Below, piece after piece: positions 9,798-21,211 of a stretch of DNA of 24,000 bases. Source of the DNA: Alkaliphilus oremlandii OhILAs (GTDB lineage Bacteria > Bacillota > Clostridia > Peptostreptococcales > Natronincolaceae); contig NC_009922.1 in assembly GCF_000018325.1 (NCBI RefSeq), positions 1,046,612 through 1,070,611 on the forward strand, in the 5' to 3' direction. The position numbers and the translations under genes were made by a program. The notes below the pieces were generated by a model, which was given only the letters and a program-made list of their open reading frames with translations, had not been told where the DNA came from and ran no database searches. Numbering within the stretch: position 1 is the stretch's first letter; every line of letters begins with the position of its first letter.

Positions 9798-10899
9798 CTT
9801 TAAGAGGTTTTTAGCAAATAAAAAAAATCATAATTTTCTTATTCCAATCATTGCTATTTTATCTGGATTTTTATTTGGCTCCATTATTATGGTTCTGACA
9901 GGATTAAATCCAAAGGATTTATTTATTTCTATTATTAGAGCTGTAAGTGGTGTGGATGTCAACAATATTGGAACGAGTAAAAAGGTTTTCAACGCGAGAT
10001 ACGTTGGGGAATATTTAGTGACAGTAATGCCGTTGGTATTAACTGGATTATCTTCTGCTTTTGCTTTTAGAACAGGTCTTTTTAACATCGGAGGCGAAGG
10101 ACAAGTATTGGTAGGTTCTTTCTTTGCAACTTATGCAGCCTTAATGTTTGATTTGCCTAGCTTTTTATTGGTACCTACAGTGATGGTGGCAGGTATGATA
10201 GGCGGTGCTATTTGGGGTTTCATCCCAGGTGTGCTCAAAGCTAAATTTAACGTAAGTGAAGTTGTTGTTACGATTATGCTAAACTACGTTGGGTTATATT
10301 CCACCAACTATTTCTTAAAACAGCTCCCAGGCAGTACCAATACACGTACTGTGGATTTTCCCACAGAAAGTCTTTTAAAGAGTGATTTTCTATCTCGTTT
10401 AACCAGTGGCTCAAGATTACATTATGGATTTATCGTTGTAATACTATCCGTTCTTGCTTTTTGGTTTATCATAGAAAAAACAACCTTTGGGTATGAATTG
10501 AAATCCGTTGGATTCAACCCATTTGCCTCTAGATATGCAGGAATGAAGGTTGAGCGAAATGCTGCGCTATCTATGACTATCGCCGGTGCATTTTCAGGGT
10601 TGGCCGGTGCGATTTTAGTAGCTGGAACCTTTGGTTATGGACGTATTTTAGCCAGCTTTGAAAACTATGGATTTGAAGGACTAGCCGTTGCCTTAGTTGG
10701 AAATAGTACAGGCTCTGGTACGGTTCTCGGTGCACTTTTATTTGGTGCATTAAAAGCAGCGCAACCAATCATGCAGGTCAATCGAATTCCTCGTGATATT
10801 GCGATTATCATTATATCTTCTATTGTAGTTTTCATTGCCATGAGAAATGGAATCAAGCTACTTCTGGAGAGAATCAAGATAAAGGAGGTTGAAAAATAA
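9790..10899 (+). CDS. ABC transporter permease (NupP/RnsC/YufP-like)
   Basis: A polytopic hydrophobic protein of 369 aa. It overlaps the ATPase stop by 8 nt, and its family and position follow the BMP-type importer layout. Confidence 0.85.
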   Translation: MSNFKRFLANKKNHNFLIPIIAILSGFLFGSIIMVLTGLNPKDLFISIIRAVSGVDVNNIGTSKKVFNARYVGEYLVTVMPLVLTGLSSAFAFRTGLFNIGGEGQVLVGSFFATYAALMFDLPSFLLVPTVMVAGMIGGAIWGFIPGVLKAKFNVSEVVVTIMLNYVGLYSTNYFLKQLPGSTNTRTVDFPTESLLKSDFLSRLTSGSRLHYGFIVVILSVLAFWFIIEKTTFGYELKSVGFNPFASRYAGMKVERNAALSMTIAGAFSGLAGAILVAGTFGYGRILASFENYGFEGLAVALVGNSTGSGTVLGALLFGALKAAQPIMQVNRIPRDIAIIIISSIVVFIAMRNGIKLLLERIKIKEVEK

Positions 10900-11846
10900 T
10901 GGATACAGTTTATTCAATGCTAGTTCTAACACTTATTTTTTCAACACCAATCATGATTGCTTCTCTCGGCGGCTTATTTTCAGAGCGAAGTGGTGTCGTT
11001 AATATCGCTCTCGATGGATTGATGATGTTTGGTGGATTTGGAGCGGCAACAGCCTTGGTTTATTTAGAGAAATCAACATCCTTAGCTCCTTGGATCGCTC
11101 TTCTTGTAGGGACCGTGGTTGGTGCGTTGGTTTCCATCATCCATGCATATTTAAGTATCGATTTAAATGCGGACCAGATCATATCCGGTACTGCAATTAA
11201 CCTATTAGCAACAGGTGCTACGATTTATTTGGCACAAATACTTTTTGGACAACAAAGAACACCGAACTTTACAGGTAGTTTTAGAAAAACTACCTATCCA
11301 GTTTTAAGTGATATTCCAGTAATTGGTGATATCTTCTTTAAAAATATCTATCCTACCGTATATGTTGCATTTATATTAATCCTTGCTGGGTGGTATCTGG
11401 TATATAAGACACCGTTTGGATTAAGGTTGAGAGCAGCAGGGGAGAACCCTCATGCAGTGGATAGTATGGGAGTCAGTGTTCGTAAAATGAGATATATTGG
11501 CGTTATCATATCCGGTGCCCTAGCAGGTCTTGGCGGTGGCATTCTAGTTCTAACACAGGATACACAGTATACTGTTGTAAGTATTAGTGGAACAGGGTTT
11601 ATAGCCTTAGCTGCTTTAGTATTCGGTAGATGGAAGCCAATGGGAATCCTTGGAGCTGGACTATTCTTTGGGTTCTCTAAAATATTCAGTATTTATTCCA
11701 ATAGCTTCTCCATGCTAAAAAAATTGCCAAACGAATTTTTCTTTGCACTACCGTATCTATTAACCATTGTGGCACTGGTAATCTTCAGTAGACAGTCTGT
11801 TGGACCGAAAGCTGCAGGAAAGTCTTACGATAAAGGGCAAAGATAA
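10899..11846 (+). CDS. ABC transporter permease (NupQ/RnsD/YufQ-like)
   Basis: A polytopic hydrophobic protein of 315 aa. It forms a TAATG stop/start overlap with the preceding permease, and an AAAGGAGG RBS lies at 10881-10888. Confidence 0.85.
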   Translation: MDTVYSMLVLTLIFSTPIMIASLGGLFSERSGVVNIALDGLMMFGGFGAATALVYLEKSTSLAPWIALLVGTVVGALVSIIHAYLSIDLNADQIISGTAINLLATGATIYLAQILFGQQRTPNFTGSFRKTTYPVLSDIPVIGDIFFKNIYPTVYVAFILILAGWYLVYKTPFGLRLRAAGENPHAVDSMGVSVRKMRYIGVIISGALAGLGGGILVLTQDTQYTVVSISGTGFIALAALVFGRWKPMGILGAGLFFGFSKIFSIYSNSFSMLKKLPNEFFFALPYLLTIVALVIFSRQSVGPKAAGKSYDKGQR

Positions 11847-11858
11847 CAAAATATTTAA

Positions 11859-11901
11859 AATAGAGGTAATGAAAAAGCTTTTTCATTACCTCTATTATTT
11901 T
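11859..11901 (+). terminator. Rho-independent terminator of the transporter/GRE operon
   Basis: A near-perfect 19-nt inverted repeat, AATAGAGGTAATGAAAAAG (11859-11877) / CTTTTTCATTACCTCTATT (11878-11896), followed by ATTTT. Confidence 0.8.
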
Positions 11902-11961
11902 GAACAGTGAAAATTTTAAAATGCAAATTATATGCCAAAAATAGAAAATGCAAAAAATACT

Positions 11962-11990
11962 TTTTCAAATGGGAAAGGAAATGGTATAAT
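11962..11990 (+). promoter_or_regulatory. Candidate sigma-A promoter for rpoN (weak -35 TTTTCA, extended -10 TGgTATAAT)
   Basis: TG at 11982-11983 and TATAAT at 11985-11990, with a -35-like hexamer at 11962-11967 at 17-bp spacing. It lies about 80 nt upstream of the rpoN start. Confidence 0.4.
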
Positions 11991-12069
11991 AAGAGTGTAG
12001 TCTTTGATAAGTTGAATTAAATTTGAAATCATACGAATGTTCTAAGATGTTTTAAGAAGGGTGATCAAT

Positions 12070-13455
12070 ATGAAAATGGGATTTAATTTGCAGTTAGAAC
12101 AATCTCAAAAATTAATTATGACTCCTCAATTACAACAAGCAATACAAATTTTGCAGTTCAACTCTTTAGAGCTGGAGGAATTTATTGCTGAGCAGTTAGA
12201 AAAAAATCCTGTATTGGAGAATGATGCAGAGAAGGAACATAATGAACTATGGGACTCAAAAATAGAAGATAAAATAAAAGAGATCAACTGGAAGGAATAT
12301 ATCGAAGATTTTAACAACTATTCCTATACAAAAAGTAATTATCAGAATGAAGACAATGAGTTCAATTATGAAAATATCATCTCCAATAAATCATCGTTAC
12401 AAGAATATTTGTTATTTCAGTATAGCTTGACCTTACTAGATAGAAAATACTTTGAAATAGGGGAATATTTAATCAATAGTATCGATGATAGAGGCTATTT
12501 AACAGTGACCATTAAGGATGTAACCGAACATTTTAATGAAGAAGAAAATATTGTGGAAAGTATTTTACAAATAATTCAAAGCTTCGATCCTCCAGGAGTA
12601 GGAGCAAGAACCATAGAAGAGTGCCTATTATTACAATTGCGATTTTTAGATGTGAAAGATGAGAAAATTTATCAATTAATAAAAGAATATTTACCTGAAA
12701 TTGCTGCCAATAAGTATCCTCTTTTAGCCAAGAAACTTGGTGTCACCATTGAACAGCTTCAAGGATATTGCGATTTTATCAAAACCTTGGAGCCGAAACC
12801 TGGTCGAATGTTTGAATCGAATTTGAATCGATATATTACACCAGACATTACCGTTAAAAAGCTGGATGAAGAATATATTTTATTGACCAATGATTTTGAC
12901 GAGCCTCGTTTAAAGATCAGAGAGGATTATAGAACGATGATCATTTCTGAGGATGAAAATTCGGAAGTTGCTAAATTTTTAAATAACCAATTCAACTCTG
13001 CTGCCTGGCTTATACGGAGCATTGAACAAAGAAAGCAAACGATTTACAAGGTAGCGGAAGTTATTGTAGAAAAGCAAAAGGGATTTTTTGAAAAAGGAAA
13101 GAAATTCTTAGTGCCAATGACCTTAAAAGAGGTGGCAGAAGAAATTAGCGTTCATGAATCCACTGTCAGTAGAGCTACAAACGGAAAATATATGGAAACA
13201 CCACACGGTACCTTTGAACTAAAGTTTTTCTTCACCGGAGGCGTTGAAAGTGACGAAGGAATGGGAATTTCTTCCGAGAGCATCAAAAGCTTTATCAGAG
13301 ATATCATTAAAGTGGAGGATCCGAAGAAGCCCCTCAGTGACGATAAAATTGTGAGTGAATTAGAAAGAAAAGGAATCAGTATTTCTAGGAGAACCGTTGC
13401 AAAATATAGAGATGAGATGGGGATATTGTCCTCTTCTAAAAGAAAAAGATATTAA
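12070..13455 (+). CDS. rpoN: RNA polymerase sigma-54 factor
   Basis: The N-terminal region I is Gln/Leu-rich (LQLEQSQKLIMTPQLQQAIQILQ). The C-terminal HTH and RpoN box are present (ISRRTVAKYRDEMGI). ATG 12070 has an AAGAAGGG RBS, and the track's GTG 12061 lies in that RBS. Confidence 0.92.
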   Translation: MKMGFNLQLEQSQKLIMTPQLQQAIQILQFNSLELEEFIAEQLEKNPVLENDAEKEHNELWDSKIEDKIKEINWKEYIEDFNNYSYTKSNYQNEDNEFNYENIISNKSSLQEYLLFQYSLTLLDRKYFEIGEYLINSIDDRGYLTVTIKDVTEHFNEEENIVESILQIIQSFDPPGVGARTIEECLLLQLRFLDVKDEKIYQLIKEYLPEIAANKYPLLAKKLGVTIEQLQGYCDFIKTLEPKPGRMFESNLNRYITPDITVKKLDEEYILLTNDFDEPRLKIREDYRTMIISEDENSEVAKFLNNQFNSAAWLIRSIEQRKQTIYKVAEVIVEKQKGFFEKGKKFLVPMTLKEVAEEISVHESTVSRATNGKYMETPHGTFELKFFFTGGVESDEGMGISSESIKSFIRDIIKVEDPKKPLSDDKIVSELERKGISISRRTVAKYRDEMGILSSSKRKRY

Positions 13456-13471
13456 AAATGATTATTTTAGG

Positions 13472-13530
13472 AAAACCTAAGGTACGATGGCCTATGAGCA
13501 TAGGCTATTCTATTTTAGGTTTTTTATTTT
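13472..13530 (+). terminator. Rho-independent terminator after rpoN
   Basis: The outer stem AAAACCTAA (13472-13480) / TTAGGTTTT (13515-13523) encloses an inner stem GCCTAT / ATAGGC (13490-13505). A T-rich run extends to 13530. Confidence 0.7.
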
Positions 13531-13623
13531 GTTAAAAAATAAGTTTTATAATTGATAAAAATATGCACAGCCATAGCCTTTAATATAATTGCTCAATATT
13601 CAATAAAAAATTTTTAAGAATAG

Positions 13624-13652
13624 TTGATGAAATCCAAAGATTGGTATATAAT
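13624..13652 (+). promoter_or_regulatory. Sigma-A promoter of the cggR-gapA operon (TTGATG-17 bp-TATAAT)
   Basis: The -35 TTGATG lies at 13624-13629 and the -10 TATAAT at 13647-13652, with exactly 17-bp spacing. It is positioned just upstream of the operator repeats and the cggR start. Confidence 0.6.
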
Positions 13653-13662
13653 AAAATCAAAT

Positions 13663-13698
13663 AGGGACATAATAAGTCTAAGAGGGACATTAATTATC
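13663..13698 (+). promoter_or_regulatory. CggR-type operator with a tandem direct repeat
   Basis: The sequence AGGGAC-ATAATA-AGTC-TAAG-AGGGAC-ATTAAT-TATC matches the spacing and GGGAC cores of the B. subtilis CggR operator CGGGAC-N6-TGTC-N4-CGGGAC-N6-TGTC. It lies between the predicted -10 and the cggR start. Confidence 0.65.
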
Positions 13699-13719
13699 CC
13701 GAATGAGAGGGGGGACTTC

Positions 13720-14739
13720 ATGAACACCATGATTGACCTGCAAAGGAAAATTGTACCTGAGATTTTTCCAATACTAGAAAAACGCTATAACATCCTTAAA
13801 AATATAGATGCTCTAGGGCCAATTGGGCGAAGAAATCTAGCTATTAAATTGTCCATGGGTGAGAGAATTGTAAGAGCCGAAGTGGATTTACTGAAAGAGC
13901 TAGGGTTGGTAGAAATAAATGCAGTGGGTATGAAGATCACAGAAGAAGGGAAAGAATTATTACAGGACCTAACGGAAGTGATGTACTCCATTGATGGAAT
14001 GGATCGAATCGAAGAGGAATTGCAAAGAAAATTACAGATAAAGAAAGTGATCATTGTACCAGGAAATGTTGAAGAGGATGGGATATTAAAAAATATAGGA
14101 AAAGCCACAGCCAAGCTTATCGAAAGTTCGATCACTGAAAATACTAAAATCGGTATTACTGGAGGAAACACCATGGCTGCCGTTGCTGAAGAATTGACGC
14201 AGCATACCAAAAAGCAGAATATTACAGTATATCCCGCTCGAGGTGGACTTGGAAAGCAAGTGGAGATTCAGGCCAATACCATCGCAGCAAAGATGGCAAG
14301 TAAGCTCAATGGCAATTACGAATTATTGCATGCATCAGACACGTTGAGTAGCCAAACCATGGAGATCCTATTAAAAGACAAAGAGATTAAAGAAGTCATT
14401 GAAAACATAAAATCTGTAGATTTACTGATATTTGGTATTGGAAGAGCTGATACCATGGCAAACCGCAGGGAATTTTCAAAAGAAATTATAGAAAAATTAG
14501 AAGAGAGCAAAGCAGTGTCAGAAGCATTCGGTTATTACTTTAATCAGCATGGGGATATTGTGTATGAAACAAATTCTATGGGAATCAAGCTGGAAGATTT
14601 TCACAAGATTAAAGAAGTAATCGGTGTTGCTGGGGGTAAGGATAAGGCAGAGGCCATAGGCGCAATTTGTAGCTTGAGAAAGTCAATGATATTGGTCATT
14701 GATGAAGCAGCGGCAAAAGAACTATTACAATTAAATTAG
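13720..14739 (+). CDS. cggR: Central glycolytic genes regulator (SorC/DeoR-type repressor)
   Basis: The product begins MNTMIDLQRKIVPEIFPILEKRYNILKNIDALGPIGRRNLA..., a CggR-like winged-HTH N-terminus, followed by a sugar-phosphate-binding SorC domain. ATG 13720 has a GAGAGGGGGG RBS. The track's upstream start at 13624 would run through the promoter and operator. The gene lies immediately upstream of gapA. Confidence 0.88.
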   Translation: MNTMIDLQRKIVPEIFPILEKRYNILKNIDALGPIGRRNLAIKLSMGERIVRAEVDLLKELGLVEINAVGMKITEEGKELLQDLTEVMYSIDGMDRIEEELQRKLQIKKVIIVPGNVEEDGILKNIGKATAKLIESSITENTKIGITGGNTMAAVAEELTQHTKKQNITVYPARGGLGKQVEIQANTIAAKMASKLNGNYELLHASDTLSSQTMEILLKDKEIKEVIENIKSVDLLIFGIGRADTMANRREFSKEIIEKLEESKAVSEAFGYYFNQHGDIVYETNSMGIKLEDFHKIKEVIGVAGGKDKAEAIGAICSLRKSMILVIDEAAAKELLQLN

Positions 14740-14751
14740 GAGGGTTTTATT

Positions 14752-15765
14752 ATGAAAACTAAGGTAGCGATTAATGGATTTGGAAGAATTGGTAGAAATG
14801 TATTCAAAGTTGCAATGAGTCAAGATACGACATGGGATATTGTTGCCATCAATGATTTAACAGATCCTAAAACATTGGCTCATTTATTAAAGTACGACAG
14901 TTTATTCGGAAAGTTTAACGGAGAAGTTGAAAGCACGGCGGATTCTATCATCGTGAATGGAAAAGAGATTAAGATCTTTGCAGAAAAAGATCCAGAAAGA
15001 TTACCTTGGGGTGAGCTTGGTGTAGATTTAGTCATCGAGTCTACAGGAATCTTCAGAAGCAAAAAAGATGTGAGCAAACATATGAACGCTGGTGCTAAAA
15101 AAGTATTGATTACTTCCCCTGCAAAGGACGAAGATATTACCATTGTTATGGGTGTAAATGAGGAGGATTATGATGCAGCTAATCATAATGTAATTTCTAA
15201 TGCGTCTTGTACAACGAATTGTATTGCACCAGTAGCGAAGCTATTGGATGAAAATTTTACAATTAAAAGAGGTTTGATGACGACAATCCACGCGTATACA
15301 AATGATCAGAGAATCTTAGACCTGCCACATAGTGACCTAAGAAGAGCAAGAGCGGCAGGGGAATCCATCATACCCACCACTACGGGAGCAGCCGAAGCTG
15401 TTGCATTGGTTCTACCACAACTAAAAGGTAAATTAAGCGGTTTAGCCATGAGAGTGCCGACGCCTACAGTATCTGTAGTAGATTTAGTGTTAGAGCTGGA
15501 AAAGTCCACAGACAAAGAGGAAATCAATCGAATTTTTGAAGCGGCTGCAAAGGGAAGTTTAAAGGGAATTTTAGATTATTCAGACCTGCCATTGGTTTCT
15601 ATCGATTACAAGCAGGACCCTCACTCTAGTATTGTAGACGGATTAAGCACCATGACCATGGAAGGAAATATGATAAAAGTCGTTGCTTGGTATGATAATG
15701 AATGGGGATATTCAACAAGAGTTGTAGACCTAGTAAGTTATATCGTAGAAAAGGGAATAAAATAA
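14752..15765 (+). CDS. gapA: Glyceraldehyde-3-phosphate dehydrogenase (type I)
   Basis: The N-terminus INGFGRIGR forms the Rossmann motif, and the active site SNASCTTNC is present. The product is 337 aa with an AGGAGG RBS. Confidence 0.97.
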   Translation: MKTKVAINGFGRIGRNVFKVAMSQDTTWDIVAINDLTDPKTLAHLLKYDSLFGKFNGEVESTADSIIVNGKEIKIFAEKDPERLPWGELGVDLVIESTGIFRSKKDVSKHMNAGAKKVLITSPAKDEDITIVMGVNEEDYDAANHNVISNASCTTNCIAPVAKLLDENFTIKRGLMTTIHAYTNDQRILDLPHSDLRRARAAGESIIPTTTGAAEAVALVLPQLKGKLSGLAMRVPTPTVSVVDLVLELEKSTDKEEINRIFEAAAKGSLKGILDYSDLPLVSIDYKQDPHSSIVDGLSTMTMEGNMIKVVAWYDNEWGYSTRVVDLVSYIVEKGIK

Positions 15766-15809
15766 TAACAAATATTGTATTCAAGGATTTAATTTTATAA
15801 AAAAATGTG

Positions 15810-15835
15810 ATAACATATAGATGAAATAACATATA
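15810..15835 (+). repeat. 10-bp direct repeat ATAACATATA (15810-15819 and 15826-15835) in the gapA-pgk spacer
   Basis: Exact copies read directly from the sequence, 16 bp apart. Confidence 0.85.
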
Positions 15836-15841
15836 CTATTG

Positions 15842-15867
15842 AATTAATTAGTATATACTAATTAATT
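15842..15867. repeat. Perfect 26-bp palindrome AATTAATTAGTATATACTAATTAATT in the gapA-pgk spacer
   Basis: All 13 base pairs pair perfectly (a15842-t15867 through t15854-a15855). It ends 28 nt upstream of the pgk ATG and about 11 nt before its RBS. Confidence 0.9.
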
Positions 15868-15895
15868 GCTTGATTCCAAGGAGGTATGGGCGTAA

Positions 15896-17089
15896 ATGCT
15901 TAGAAAAAAAACATTGAAAGATTTAGAAATGAAAGGTAAAAAGGTGTTAGTCAGATGTGATTTTAATGTTCCTATGGATAAGGAAGGTAAAATCACAGAT
16001 GATATTAGAATCAGAGCCGCTATGCCAACTGTAGAATATATTCTAGAAAATGGGGGTTCTGTTATATTGATGTCTCATTTAGGAAGACCCAATGGAGAAC
16101 CGAATCCTAAGTATTCATTAGAGCCTGTATCGAAAAGAATTTCAGAATTAATTGGAAGAGAAGTAAAGTTTTCTGATGATGATAGGGTCGTTGGAGAGTC
16201 TACACAAAAATTAGCCAGCGAATTAAAAGAAGGTGAAGTTTTATTACTTCAAAACGTTCGATATAGAAAAGAAGAAGAAAAAAACGAAGATGCATTTTCA
16301 AAGGAATTAGCATCCCTTGCAGATCTATATGTAAATGATGCCTTTGGAACAGCCCATAGAGCACATTCATCCACTGCTGGTGTTGCTTCATTTTTACCTT
16401 CCGCTATGGGGTATTTAATTGAAAAAGAAGTAGGGTTTATGGGGAAGGCATTAGAATCGCCTGAAAGACCATTTGTTGCTATCTTAGGTGGTGCTAAAGT
16501 TTCTGATAAAATTGGTGTGATTGAAAACTTAATGGAAAAAGTCGATGCATTGATTATTGGTGGTGGTATGGCTTATACCTTTATTAAGGCACAAGGTTTT
16601 GAAGTAGGAAAATCTCTGCTGGAAGAGGATAAAGTAAGCTTAGCTGCTGACTTGATAAAAAAGGCAAAAGAGAAAAATATTGAGCTGTTACTTCCTGTAG
16701 ATACAGTTGTTGCAAAAGAATTTGCAGCAGAGGCGCAGCACTGGACTGTAAACAGTAGCAGTATGCCAGCAGAAACCATGGGATTAGATATTGGTGATAA
16801 GACCATCGCTCTATTTTCTGAAAAGATCAAAGAAGCGAAGACTGTAATTTGGAATGGACCGATGGGTGTATTTGAAATGCCTGCATTTGCAAAAGGAACA
16901 AAGGAAGTAGCGAAGGCTTTGGCAAACAGTGGCGCTATTACAATCATCGGCGGTGGAGACAGTGCTGCAGCAGTGGAGCAATTGGGCTTTGCAGATAGAA
17001 TGACCCATATATCCACAGGTGGCGGAGCATCTTTAGAATTTTTAGAAGGAAAGATACTACCGGGGATCAACGTATTAGAAAATAAATAA
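15896..17089 (+). CDS. pgk: Phosphoglycerate kinase
   Basis: The N-terminal [10 protein letters not shown] motif and a C-terminal [14 protein letters not shown] stretch are present. The product is 397 aa with an AAGGAGG RBS. Confidence 0.97.
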   Translation: MLRKKTLKDLEMKGKKVLVRCDFNVPMDKEGKITDDIRIRAAMPTVEYILENGGSVILMSHLGRPNGEPNPKYSLEPVSKRISELIGREVKFSDDDRVVGESTQKLASELKEGEVLLLQNVRYRKEEEKNEDAFSKELASLADLYVNDAFGTAHRAHSSTAGVASFLPSAMGYLIEKEVGFMGKALESPERPFVAILGGAKVSDKIGVIENLMEKVDALIIGGGMAYTFIKAQGFEVGKSLLEEDKVSLAADLIKKAKEKNIELLLPVDTVVAKEFAAEAQHWTVNSSSMPAETMGLDIGDKTIALFSEKIKEAKTVIWNGPMGVFEMPAFAKGTKEVAKALANSGAITIIGGGDSAAAVEQLGFADRMTHISTGGGASLEFLEGKILPGINVLENK

Positions 17090-17103
17090 ACGAGGTGTTG
17101 AAA

Positions 17104-17850
17104 GTGCGAAAACCGATTATTGCTGGAAATTGGAAGATGAATAAAGTATCGAAAGAGGCTTTGGACCTTGTAAATCAAATAAAAGATGAAGTACATAAAA
17201 CTGAAGTTGAGGTTGTTGTATGCTGTCCATTTACTGTTCTTAGCCAGGTTCAGAAAGCATTAGTAGGAACCAATTTAAAGCTAGGAGCCCAAAATATGCA
17301 CTGGGAAGAAGATGGCGCTTATACTGGAGAAATATCAGCGAATATGTTGAAGGATATTGGCGTAGAATATGTAATCTTAGGACATTCTGAAAGAAGACAG
17401 TACTTCAATGAAACAGATGAAACTGTGAATAAAAAAGTGAAGAAAGCCATCAAAGAAAATTTGAAGCCGATTGTATGCATTGGGGAAAGCTTAGAAGAAA
17501 GAGAAGCCAATCAAACCTTCGATGTGATTAAAAAACAACTTTTAGGGGCTTTTGAAGGCGTTCCTGCTGAAGCCATGGACAATGTGGTATTAGCCTACGA
17601 GCCAATATGGGCGATTGGAACAGGAAAAACAGCATCCTCTGAAGAGGCACAAACGGTAATCGCCTATATTCGCTCTTTGATAGAAGAAAAATATGGCGTA
17701 GATATTTCAGAAGAAGTTAGAATTCAGTACGGTGGCAGTGTGAAAGCATCCAATGCTACAGAGATTATGAATGAAACGGATATTGATGGTGCATTAGTTG
17801 GTGGTGCAAGCCTAAAGGCAGAGGAGTTTTTAGGAATCATCAATTTCTAG
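17104..17850 (+). CDS. tpiA: Triose-phosphate isomerase
   Basis: The motifs RKPIIAGNWKMN, GHSERR and AYEPIWAIGTG are present. I prefer GTG 17104, with a GAGGTG RBS at 17092-17097. The track's start at 17095 lies inside the RBS, and TTG 17098 is another option. Confidence 0.95.
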   Translation: MRKPIIAGNWKMNKVSKEALDLVNQIKDEVHKTEVEVVVCCPFTVLSQVQKALVGTNLKLGAQNMHWEEDGAYTGEISANMLKDIGVEYVILGHSERRQYFNETDETVNKKVKKAIKENLKPIVCIGESLEEREANQTFDVIKKQLLGAFEGVPAEAMDNVVLAYEPIWAIGTGKTASSEEAQTVIAYIRSLIEEKYGVDISEEVRIQYGGSVKASNATEIMNETDIDGALVGGASLKAEEFLGIINF

Positions 17851-17864
17851 GAAGGAAGATTAAA

Positions 17865-20704
<2,840 letters not shown>

Positions 20705-20726
20705 ATAGAATAGCATTAGCAAATAA

Positions 20727-20774
20727 AACCAATAATATAATAAAAGCTTTTGGCGCTTTATTATATTATTGGTT
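20727..20774 (+). terminator. Long AT-rich hairpin after eno, the probable operon terminator
   Basis: AACCAATAATATAATAAA (20727-20744) pairs with TTTATTATATTATTGGTT (20757-20774), and two inner G-C pairs add to the stem. The downstream U-tract is weak (CTTATG). Confidence 0.5.
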
Positions 20775-20875
20775 CTTATGATTGTCTGGAGAATATGGAT
20801 GCGAACGCTCTTTGAAAAGTTGATGCAGGAGAGTAATATATTTAAAGGACAATGAAGTAGAATGAATATTTTTAA

Positions 20876-20904
20876 TTGATTTTAACAATTTGCTATGTTA
20901 CAAT
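20876..20904 (+). promoter_or_regulatory. Candidate sigma-A promoter for secG (TTGATT-17 bp-TACAAT with a TGn extension)
   Basis: The -35 TTGATT lies at 20876-20881, TG at 20896-20897 and the -10 TACAAT at 20899-20904. Confidence 0.5.
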
Positions 20905-20938
20905 ATGAATGTTAACTAGAAAATAGGAGGTGTGGGTT

Positions 20939-21166
20939 TTGAGAACATTTTTAATGATACTTCAAGCAATATCTTGTCTTGTACTGATAGGGAGTGTAAT
21001 GTTACAACCAGCTAAAAGCGAAGGACTCTCCAGCACATTTGGCGGCACTGGAGCGCAAATGATGGCAAAACAAAGCAGGGGTTATGACGCACTAATGAGC
21101 AAAGTAACAAAGGCAACAGCTGTTCTGTTTATTATTTTTGCTATTGCACTTGTTGCAATTCAATAA
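20939..21166 (+). CDS. secG: Preprotein translocase subunit SecG
   Basis: A small protein with two TM segments, a Gly-rich central loop (STFGGTG) and SecG-like sequence. It occupies the conserved position after eno. I prefer TTG 20939, 8 nt after the AGGAGG at 20925-20930, because the track's GTG 20930 overlaps the RBS. Confidence 0.85.
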   Translation: MRTFLMILQAISCLVLIGSVMLQPAKSEGLSSTFGGTGAQMMAKQSRGYDALMSKVTKATAVLFIIFAIALVAIQ

Positions 21167-21211
21167 AAAATAAAAACAAAAGAAAACTGAATAGAAGGAG
21201 GATTATCATCA

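Noticed and set aside
11230-11245. A TGGCAC hexamer that could mark a sigma-54 -24 element.
   Set aside because: It lies inside the permease CDS, and the -12 position reads CTTTT, not TTGC. No enhancer-like repeats lie upstream.
16573-17196. A 207-aa minus-strand ORF, the longest antisense ORF in the window.
   Set aside because: It lies entirely antisense to the well-supported pgk and the start of tpiA. Its product is low-complexity and Ser/Phe/Ile-rich with no recognisable motifs, and it has no RBS. It is a typical shadow ORF of an AT-rich, GNN/ANN-biased coding strand.
20778-20855. A 25-codon ORF (MIVWRIWMRTLFEKLMQESNIFKGQ) between eno and secG.
   Set aside because: It has no RBS. The ATG sits 4 nt after the eno terminator stem, and the peptide has no recognisable features.
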